Below, in pieces: positions 37,750 to 44,862 of a DNA stretch of 64,000 nucleotides; the first letter of the stretch is position 1, and each line of letters begins with the position of its first letter. The stretch lies in contig JBHLPF010000001.1 of assembly GCA_048939765.1 (NCBI GenBank), positions 46,073 through 110,072 of the forward strand, read 5' to 3'. The DNA is from Promethearchaeota archaeon. Its GTDB lineage: Archaea; Asgardarchaeota; Thorarchaeia; Thorarchaeales; Thorarchaeaceae. Position numbers and translations under genes: made by a program. Below the pieces are notes generated by a model, which made no database searches, had not been told where the DNA came from, and saw only the letters and a list, made by a program, of their open reading frames with translations.

Positions 37750-38007
37750 GTGAAACCAATGCTTGCATATTTACTTAGTCCGTTGGCTGACTTTGCAAAC
37801 CTGGTAGCAGGTTACTTTGCGGAAATATGGGACTTCCTGATTTTTATAGGTGGGATTTCCGCGGCGATAGTCGTCCTCGCGGGAGCAATTCTATGGTTCA
37901 CAGAGGTAAACTCAAAGCGTGGAAAAGGTCTAGTGATGAGTGGAGTACTTCTCGCAGTAATCGTGCAGTACTTCATCATGTATCCTCCCATTTTTGGTGT
38001 TGGTTAA
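37750..38007 (+). CDS. Small membrane protein (two predicted TM helices)
   Basis: 85 aa. Two hydrophobic segments. No motif. Confidence 0.4.
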   Translation: MKPMLAYLLSPLADFANLVAGYFAEIWDFLIFIGGISAAIVVLAGAILWFTEVNSKRGKGLVMSGVLLAVIVQYFIMYPPIFGVG

Positions 38008-38021
38008 GCCCTTTCATGGAA

Positions 38022-39224
38022 TCATAGAAGTTCCTTGATGATCATCCTGAGCGACTCAGTCAGTCGATCAATGTCCTCGATGGTGTTGTATGCGTGTAGT
38101 GACACTTGAACAAGTCCCTCCTCTGAGAATGGCTTGATAAGCGGATGAGCACAGACTAGACCACTTCTGACTGCAATATTGGAGTCATCAAGGAAGAGAG
38201 CAATCTCGTGGCAGTTGATTCCATTCTTGTCGCCGATATTGAATCCAAAGATATTATTCTCCCTGGTAGGGTTACCATAGAGAATTATTCCTTCTATCTC
38301 GCTGAGAGCATCATAAGTGTAGGCGGAAATTGCTTTCATGTGTTTGAGCTGACCCTGATTCCTAAGTTCACGAAGATAATCAAGTGAAGCGCCTAGACCC
38401 GCTATCGCTGGAAGATTAAGGATGCCAGATTCGAATTTGTCTGGTTGGAGGGCAATCTCGAATGATTCAGCTTCAACATTGGCGACTGCGGAACCACCAA
38501 TTACACCAGGCTTGTGGGATTCCCCAAGGTCCTTTCGAATCCACTGTAATGCGAGTCCTGGAGGACCCATCAGACCGATATTTGCTGAACATATAGCTAC
38601 GTCAGCATGCAGAAACGAAAGATTTGTGTCTGTCACGCCTATGGATCGTGTTGCATCTGTGAGAAGTAATGCTTCATGTTCTTGACAGATTTTAGCTACT
38701 TCTCCAAGCGGATTTCTCACACCAGCCCCCATGGTTACATGACTGACTGCAACAATTCCTGCTTCTGCGTTGACTGCTTTGTCGAGTTCTGACATATTCA
38801 AGGCACCATCAGAGAATAACGGAACAGTTTCAACTTGAAGGTCTAATATCTGAGCTACCCTCAGGAGGGTAACAAGGATTGAATGCTCTTCACTCTGAGC
38901 AATTACAATCTTGTTCCGATTTGCCTCTTTCCAGTCAAACCCGTATGCAAAAGATGCAACCGCGGTCGGGATAGATTTCTGGAAAGAAACTTGTGACGTG
39001 TCAGTAGCCATGAACTCCGCTAATGACTTACGGACATTCTCAGTCATGGAACTGGCGTTAACAGTCAGTCTATAGGCACCTCTTCTGGCGGATGATACTG
39101 TTGTGTTGAGGAATCTATATGTGGCATCAGCAGCAGTCCGAGGAACCAAGGTAGTACTTGCTGAATCAAGATACACCAGTTCTGGTTCTACATCATAAAC
39201 GCCGAAATCTGCCTTGATATCCAT
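38022..39224 (-). CDS. Cysteine desulfurase / class V aminotransferase (SufS/CsdA-like)
   Basis: Class V aminotransferase fold with a PLP-lysine region and a conserved C-terminal Cys loop. The start was chosen at the internal Met (MDIKADFGVYD...). The longer ORF to 39422 would overlap the downstream divergent gene. Confidence 0.75.
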   Translation of the reverse strand: MDIKADFGVYDVEPELVYLDSASTTLVPRTAADATYRFLNTTVSSARRGAYRLTVNASSMTENVRKSLAEFMATDTSQVSFQKSIPTAVASFAYGFDWKEANRNKIVIAQSEEHSILVTLLRVAQILDLQVETVPLFSDGALNMSELDKAVNAEAGIVAVSHVTMGAGVRNPLGEVAKICQEHEALLLTDATRSIGVTDTNLSFLHADVAICSANIGLMGPPGLALQWIRKDLGESHKPGVIGGSAVANVEAESFEIALQPDKFESGILNLPAIAGLGASLDYLRELRNQGQLKHMKAISAYTYDALSEIEGIILYGNPTRENNIFGFNIGDKNGINCHEIALFLDDSNIAVRSGLVCAHPLIKPFSEEGLVQVSLHAYNTIEDIDRLTESLRMIIKELL

Positions 39225-39287
39225 TGCCACCACAGTCAGTTTCTTAGCGGAGGTCTCTTTAATTGTTGGCCTTGTGTTCAGAAATCG

Positions 39288-40316
39288 ATGAGTCCTTTGA
39301 GTGTTACACCTGTTGAAGGTTATTTCATAATGACCGATGATGATCTTCTGTTCGAAGTGAAAGGAATCGTCCATCCCAAGGACAGAGTCATTGCGTACCT
39401 GCGCTACATCCAGGATAAGCATGGAGATCGCCAGTCAAGAAGTGGGACTCGGTTCAGAAAGGTGTACAACTTGAAGGAACGAGATGAGATTCTTCACAGA
39501 GAGTATCCCCAGTATCTCTGGCTCGATGAAAACCGTGGACGGGAATTTCAGGCGGTTCCGAGAAACCGTGTTTCATTCGTTCTGAGTCCGATAGATGGAC
39601 TGCGACAGCTTCTCGATATGGGAATACATATCACTGCTTTGGAGAAAGCGTCCCGAGCTCTTGCTGAACTCCTTGTGGATAAAGCTGGAATAGAATGGTC
39701 AGACATTGGACTTACAGGGTCTCAACTTGTAGGCCTTTCCAGCGAGAAGTCTGACATCGACCTTGTTGTCTACGGATCAAAGTCCGCAAGAAGGATTCAT
39801 AGTGTGCTTAGGGACGAATTTGACTCGTTGCCTGGAATAGAACGATACCATGGAATTCGGTTGAAAAGGCATGTGAAGTTTAGATGGGACAAACATGATC
39901 AATGGGAGATGTCACTACAGAAGATTGAATCTCAAAAAGTACTCCAAGGATTGTTTAGGTCATATGACTTCTTCATCAGGATGGTCAAGCTTCCTAGCGA
40001 GGTAGAATACAAGTATGAAGACCTAATCATCAGGAATAAGGGCATCCAGACAATCGAGTGTTTAGTCATAGATGACACTGATTCAATATTCACTCCATGC
40101 ACCTACACTGTAGAATCCGATATGACCAACCTGCGGAGATTGGTTAGTTTTCGAGGGAGATTCACAGAGCATGTCTTTGCGGGTGAATCTGTTGAGGCAC
40201 GCGGAAGAATGGAAACTGTGACCAATGTGAACACGAACGAGTCTTTCACTCAGTTGGTCCTCGGTGAAGATCCATTGGACTATTTGATACCAATTCAAGC
40301 CATCCAAAAGAATTGA
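39288..40316 (+). CDS. Pol-beta-superfamily nucleotidyltransferase domain protein, function unknown
   Basis: 342 aa. GS-x9-SDIDLVVYG (hG[GS]...D.[DE]) nucleotidyltransferase motif around residue 150, preceded by an uncharacterised N-terminal domain. Confidence 0.5.
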   Translation: MSPLSVTPVEGYFIMTDDDLLFEVKGIVHPKDRVIAYLRYIQDKHGDRQSRSGTRFRKVYNLKERDEILHREYPQYLWLDENRGREFQAVPRNRVSFVLSPIDGLRQLLDMGIHITALEKASRALAELLVDKAGIEWSDIGLTGSQLVGLSSEKSDIDLVVYGSKSARRIHSVLRDEFDSLPGIERYHGIRLKRHVKFRWDKHDQWEMSLQKIESQKVLQGLFRSYDFFIRMVKLPSEVEYKYEDLIIRNKGIQTIECLVIDDTDSIFTPCTYTVESDMTNLRRLVSFRGRFTEHVFAGESVEARGRMETVTNVNTNESFTQLVLGEDPLDYLIPIQAIQKN

Positions 40317-40461
40317 CATATTCACCTCATTAACAGGTTTTCACAGTGAGTATCTGTGAATGGCGCCTTTTTTGTGAATCATTCTCATGAAAGAGCCTTT
40401 AAATCGCCTTAATCAGCGGAAGGACAGCCCATAAACCCTCTTAAGCCTGTGAATGAAGCCA

Positions 40462-40482
40462 CCCCTTGGTTTCCAGTGGAAC
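40462..40482 (-). promoter_or_regulatory. Origin recognition box (ORB) copy, inverted orientation: CCCCTTGGTTTCCAGTGGAAC
   Basis: Its reverse complement GTTCCACTGGAAACCAAGGGG is a near-identical 21-mer to the 44665 element. Confidence 0.55.
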
Positions 40483-40787
40483 AGGACAAGAAGAGATATG
40501 AAATACTAATCGACTCATTCACAAAGCACATATTCTAGTGAACAGCAGAAGGTTTGAACATTTCCCTTCTTTTCCAAAAATAAGGTTTCATAACGCTTAT
40601 TTTGTCTAAAATTGACCGCACAAGCTGCCAGCACATCGATATCAACGTGGACGTGTTCTGAATAGGTATAGGCGCATTATGTTGCCGTTATCTCCGTATT
40701 GCTAATTCACATACTCACACTTATTTGGTCACAGTCAGTTATCGGGTGTGAATATTGAAATGGGTATGAGTTACTCGGATACAGGTC

Positions 40788-41426
40788 TTGGTGGAATACT
40801 TGAAGTCTGAAGATCGTACAAACTATGTCTATCGGTTCACCTACAACTCGGGACCAGGACTTCGAGAAGTGTTCCAGTGCAAGTATGTCAGACCCGATGA
40901 GGCGTTAACTAGGTTTCAGAGAATTCTGTCCTTGACAAATGAGCCCTTTGATTTCAAGATAGTAGTAATTGACGAAGCAAAAAGGGAAGAATCTAGCTTT
41001 GAAGTTGAGGGTGGTAGCGTAAAGGAAATGATTGAGAAGTTCCGAGTCTTCTTGGAAGCAAGCACAGGCATCCTGTTTGTCCCAGAACAAGAGAGTGTTG
41101 AAGTAGAGTTTGAAGAGATCAGTTTCGAGTCAATGAGTAGCTTTGAGAAAATGCACATAGTGATCTACGCGTCATTCAAACATGGCAAGTTCTCCTCACT
41201 TGATGTTGCCGAGATATTTGAAGCAACATTCAATGAAGACTTGCCAAAGAGTACTGCATCTACATACTTAGCCAGAATGTGGAATGATGGTAAGGGACAC
41301 CTGGAACGCTATGGCAATCGTTCTGGCTACACATATAGGCTCAAGACAGAAATGGCAGAGGTTCAAAAGGAAACTGAGAGAGCCGAAGATATCCTTGCAT
41401 CGATTCAGATACGCGTTGGTAAATAG
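40788..41426 (+). CDS. Hypothetical protein with a C-terminal winged-helix-like segment
   Basis: 212 aa. The C-terminal region SLDVAEIFEATFNEDLPKSTASTYLARMWNDGKGHLERYGNRSGYTYRL resembles a wHTH. Sits directly downstream of an ORB-containing intergenic region. Confidence 0.4.
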   Translation: MVEYLKSEDRTNYVYRFTYNSGPGLREVFQCKYVRPDEALTRFQRILSLTNEPFDFKIVVIDEAKREESSFEVEGGSVKEMIEKFRVFLEASTGILFVPEQESVEVEFEEISFESMSSFEKMHIVIYASFKHGKFSSLDVAEIFEATFNEDLPKSTASTYLARMWNDGKGHLERYGNRSGYTYRLKTEMAEVQKETERAEDILASIQIRVGK

Positions 41427-41448
41427 AACGGCTCTCTTTAGTGATTCT

Positions 41449-42768
41449 CTATTGTTTGACAGTACGTTCCTCCAGTTTGATACCTAGCGTTTCCAATTCC
41501 TTTAGAATTGGTTCATAGACTTCCGGCATGACTGGTCTGTGGACTCCCACCAAGTCTACAGATTCCTCAAGGATCATCCTGCTAGCAATTGCCACAGGAA
41601 ATGCAACCGTTCTAGACATGGAAGAGTCACCATTGGGTATGCCGTAGTCAATCATTGTGGATGTGATCTTCTCTCTTCTGTCAGGATATTCTGCGATGAA
41701 CTCATGGTGCATGACGAGCATATCACGTTCGCCAGGAGCATACTGTAGCTTCTGCTCAAACAGATTACAGACAGAATCGAGATACGTTATGACATCGGAA
41801 GGAATCTCTTGGTCACTGAAAAGACCCAGCCATTCAAGACGCTGCACTATCGGATCATTGCTCTTGAGACCAATCGTTCTCGCTGTAGCATCTATGGAAA
41901 ACTCAGAATCAGCTGCATTGGTCAGCTCACTCATCATCTTAGCATATGTCATTCCACCAAAGTTCCGTTCTTCAATGGACAAGAGACCGAGGTCCGCCAC
42001 TTTCTTGAGCGTCCCACACCAACCCAAGTTCCTGTAAGTGCCTCTCTGCATGGTCTTGGTTTCTTGGATGCCATAATAGTCTATGAAAGGCATGCTGTCA
42101 CGATTAGGATAGCCTTCAAACTTCCCAATCCCAGGCACCTCCATTATCTTGTAGTGGTCAAAGAGCTCAGGACCTGGAATCTTGACTACTTTTCCATCAA
42201 GCAGGAATTGAGCGTCATTACGACCGGCAAGAAGAACACCTCGTGGGCTCCAAGAGAGCTTGTACCCAAATGGGTTGTCGTTAGCATCTGGAGCTGGTAG
42301 GCCTCCAGTAAAGGATGTGAAGCTGGCAATCTTTCCATCCTGATTGTGGACATGATCAATGATCCGCATGGCACTCATGTGGTCAATGCCTGGGTCGACT
42401 CCACACTCATTTAGAACTAGGACTCCAGCAGCTCTAGCTTCTTCATCCAGCGCTTTCATCTCATCTGAGATGTAGGAAGTTGTACAGAACGGTTTCTTGT
42501 GCTTGATAGCTACCTTTGCCGCTTTCACATGATAGGTGTAAGGCAGAAGAGAACAGACCAAATCAGCTTGGGAGGTCAATTCATCAAGAAGGTCGTCATC
42601 TGTCTTTATGTTGAAAGCGACAGCCTCAGCAGTCTTGCACCCCTCAATCAGTCGTTCTGCTTTGCTCTTGGTTCTACTTGCGACCACAACATGAAAGCCG
42701 TGATGACACAGATATTGGACGTATGGGCGGGCCACGAGGCCTGCACCTAGACAAAGGACTTTCTTCAT
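41449..42768 (-). CDS. Saccharopine dehydrogenase (saccharopine reductase, LYS9/SDH-domain family)
   Basis: 439 aa. N-terminal Rossmann motif KKVLCLGAGLVARP and saccharopine dehydrogenase C-terminal domain features. Confidence 0.7.
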   Translation of the reverse strand: MKKVLCLGAGLVARPYVQYLCHHGFHVVVASRTKSKAERLIEGCKTAEAVAFNIKTDDDLLDELTSQADLVCSLLPYTYHVKAAKVAIKHKKPFCTTSYISDEMKALDEEARAAGVLVLNECGVDPGIDHMSAMRIIDHVHNQDGKIASFTSFTGGLPAPDANDNPFGYKLSWSPRGVLLAGRNDAQFLLDGKVVKIPGPELFDHYKIMEVPGIGKFEGYPNRDSMPFIDYYGIQETKTMQRGTYRNLGWCGTLKKVADLGLLSIEERNFGGMTYAKMMSELTNAADSEFSIDATARTIGLKSNDPIVQRLEWLGLFSDQEIPSDVITYLDSVCNLFEQKLQYAPGERDMLVMHHEFIAEYPDRREKITSTMIDYGIPNGDSSMSRTVAFPVAIASRMILEESVDLVGVHRPVMPEVYEPILKELETLGIKLEERTVKQ

Positions 42769-42770
42769 AG

Positions 42771-44087
42771 CTATCTCTCCTCACCTGATAGATATTCTTT
42801 CAAATACTCGTAATCTTTCGTCAGTTCTCCTTGATATACAATCACAGCATCCTTGAGCTCCCTAGGCAGTTCGAGGTTCTCAAATGGAACCGTGAAATCT
42901 GTATTCGCCAGCGCAGGTATGTAGTCCAAAAGGGTTTCGCTAAACGAAGTTGATGACTCCCGAGGAAGTTCAGCGGGAAGATTGTCAACAGCCATCACCG
43001 CCGGGCCTTCTCCTTCTACGCCAGCTTCTGCTCTATTCTCGTCTACTAGATAGGTAAATGCAGGACTTCCAGGATTGGCTGTTCTGACTGTGAACTCAAT
43101 GGCACCGTCAACGTCACAGGAGATATCACCAACGACCTCGAGCCGCCTATTCTTGTCTTTCCAGTGACCTCTGATGAAGTCCTTTGTTATGAGACGGGGG
43201 TATTTCTCAGTCCAGTATATACAATTCATAATAACTGGCATGTAAGGAACATACCTGTGGAAGACTCCCCGATACTTTGCACCACCATGCTTGTAGTAGT
43301 CCTGGAGATCGAACTCAACGCCTTGTTCCTTTGGTTCTACCATGTGCTCCTCCTTGAAGACACATTTGTACAAGATATTCGATTTTGGACTTGATATCTT
43401 GGATAATTGAGCTGGTTCCACTTCTTCGTAGGGCAAGATATTGAACATCTGTTGTGCGCCGCGTGAAACATTTCCATATCCAGCAAATCCGATTACAAAG
43501 GGAGTCATGTTCTCCGGTAGACCCATATTCGTTATTCTCTCACCGAGTGCTTCAAATTCCTCTCTGACTTCTGAGAGATTCTTGCATTCTAGAGTAGGTT
43601 TCATACCAGCAAAAGGATTGGGGGTGATTCCTTTGCAATCTAATCGTTCCCCCAATACTCTGAGTGTATCTGAAATCCCGGCCATTCCAGCCCAGTTTCC
43701 AAAGAAAATTAATCGTCTGCCTTTTTCATCCACAACACGCTCATAGTCTATCAGTGTCGCACCCACATCGAGAATTTGTTGGAGCATGTCCATATTGTCT
43801 TCTTGTCCCTTGATTGTATGACTGAAGAAGACGTACACTTTCCCCTTCTCGAAGAAGTTGATTGGCATCTCCTTGATTCCTAGAATCACAGGTACCTCAC
43901 TGCCTTTCAAAGACTTGACTTCTGCCCCTGCATCGATGAAATCTTGGGCGGCAAATGTACGCTGATCACTAGGCTCCACAACAAATCGAATGTTGTACTT
44001 CCCTGCAAGATTTTCAATATGTTTGGGTATCAGAGGCACCCTTGATTCGAATGCCTTCTCTTCACTTCGTAGTCCGATGATGTTCAT
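42771..44087 (-). CDS. Lysine-ketoglutarate reductase / alanine dehydrogenase-PNT-fold enzyme (LKR domain; LOR/SDH-type)
   Basis: Start chosen at MNIIGLRSEEKAFESRVPL, the typical LKR N-terminus. The ORF can extend to 44204. AlaDH/PNT N-terminal and NAD-binding domains. Its stop lies 3 nt upstream of the sdh start, so the two are probably co-transcribed. Confidence 0.65.
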   Translation of the reverse strand: MNIIGLRSEEKAFESRVPLIPKHIENLAGKYNIRFVVEPSDQRTFAAQDFIDAGAEVKSLKGSEVPVILGIKEMPINFFEKGKVYVFFSHTIKGQEDNMDMLQQILDVGATLIDYERVVDEKGRRLIFFGNWAGMAGISDTLRVLGERLDCKGITPNPFAGMKPTLECKNLSEVREEFEALGERITNMGLPENMTPFVIGFAGYGNVSRGAQQMFNILPYEEVEPAQLSKISSPKSNILYKCVFKEEHMVEPKEQGVEFDLQDYYKHGGAKYRGVFHRYVPYMPVIMNCIYWTEKYPRLITKDFIRGHWKDKNRRLEVVGDISCDVDGAIEFTVRTANPGSPAFTYLVDENRAEAGVEGEGPAVMAVDNLPAELPRESSTSFSETLLDYIPALANTDFTVPFENLELPRELKDAVIVYQGELTKDYEYLKEYLSGEER

Positions 44088-44319
44088 TCGGGAGCTCCTG
44101 CCTGGCTGCAGACATTGCCGCGTGGAACAATTCCTATGCATTAACCTTTCCATTTCGGACCAATTTTGTATTACTAAGACTGAAAATGTGAACATGTGTT
44201 CCAATTTTATGACATTTTTCCTCTATTTGTATGATTGTCGGCGCGCTCGCGAAACCAATGCTCGACGTGTTTCATTTACTAAGGAGCTCTATGGATATAC
44301 CTACACATGGAAGACAAAG

Positions 44320-44493
44320 ATGGGGATTAGACAGAAAAGAAAGCCAGGTCTTATTGATACATCAGGGGCATTAGCAGTGGCTGACTCTGCAATATTGGTG
44401 CCTGGAGAATATAGATCTCTCTTCGATTCATTGTTCAGATCCTATTCTGACATATTGAAGGCTAGGGTTTTTGAAGTTCTAAGAGAGATTTGA
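44320..44493 (+). CDS. Possible 57-aa small ORF inside the origin-like intergenic region
   Basis: MGIRQKRKPGLIDTSGALAVADSAILVPGEYRSLFDSLFRSYSDILKARVFEVLREI. Its stop is 2 nt before the GAACACGTGTTC palindrome. An AGGAG lies 40 nt upstream. There is no homology evidence and it may be non-coding. Confidence 0.2.
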   Translation: MGIRQKRKPGLIDTSGALAVADSAILVPGEYRSLFDSLFRSYSDILKARVFEVLREI

Positions 44494-44522
44494 TTAGAAC
44501 ACGTGTTCCAATACCCAAGACA

Positions 44523-44543
44523 CCCCTTGATTTCCATTAGAAA
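44523..44543 (-). promoter_or_regulatory. Origin recognition box (ORB), degenerate, inverted orientation (CCCCTTGATTTCCATTAGAAA)
   Basis: G-tract complement CCCC plus TTCCAnnnGAAA dyad. It matches the inverted form of the ORB 120 bp downstream. Confidence 0.5.
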
Positions 44544-44664
44544 TCTTTGAAAGTATCGATACTTATCGAAAAGGGTAAATATAAATACCCGTTTGTGGAG
44601 CTCGCATTCATCTCCATTTTATCATTATTATTCATTCACCGCTCTTGATCCCCCCATTTTATCA

Positions 44665-44686
44665 TTTCCAGTGGAAATGAAGGGGT
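44665..44686 (+). promoter_or_regulatory. Origin recognition box (ORB): TTTCCAGTGGAAATGAAGGGGT
   Basis: Matches the archaeal ORB consensus: TCCAGTGGAAA dyad, short spacer, GGGGT tract. Confidence 0.6.
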
Positions 44687-44862
44687 GTCAGACCATAATA
44701 TCTGGATATAGGGTATATTAATATGTTAGAACACGTGTTCTATGGTATTATGCGTATTACAAAATCAAGGTTTGGGAGCATTTCCAGTACCACAAGGTTG
44801 ATAGACTGATTTACCTCCGGACGGCTTGTGCTTGTCGTTTATGGAGATCGGAGGCTAGGTGA

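Noticed and set aside
39288-40316. CBASS-type cyclic-oligonucleotide synthase interpretation of the nucleotidyltransferase
   Set aside because: The GS...D.D motif is shared by many Pol-beta NTases. No effector such as a phospholipase, TM, endonuclease or CAP gene is adjacent. The N-terminal domain is unlike CD-NTases.
43990-44493. 167-aa plus-strand ORF covering the LKR start and the origin-like intergenic region
   Set aside because: Its first two-thirds are antisense to the LKR N-terminus and to regulatory DNA. Only the last 57 codons are kept as a low-confidence small ORF.
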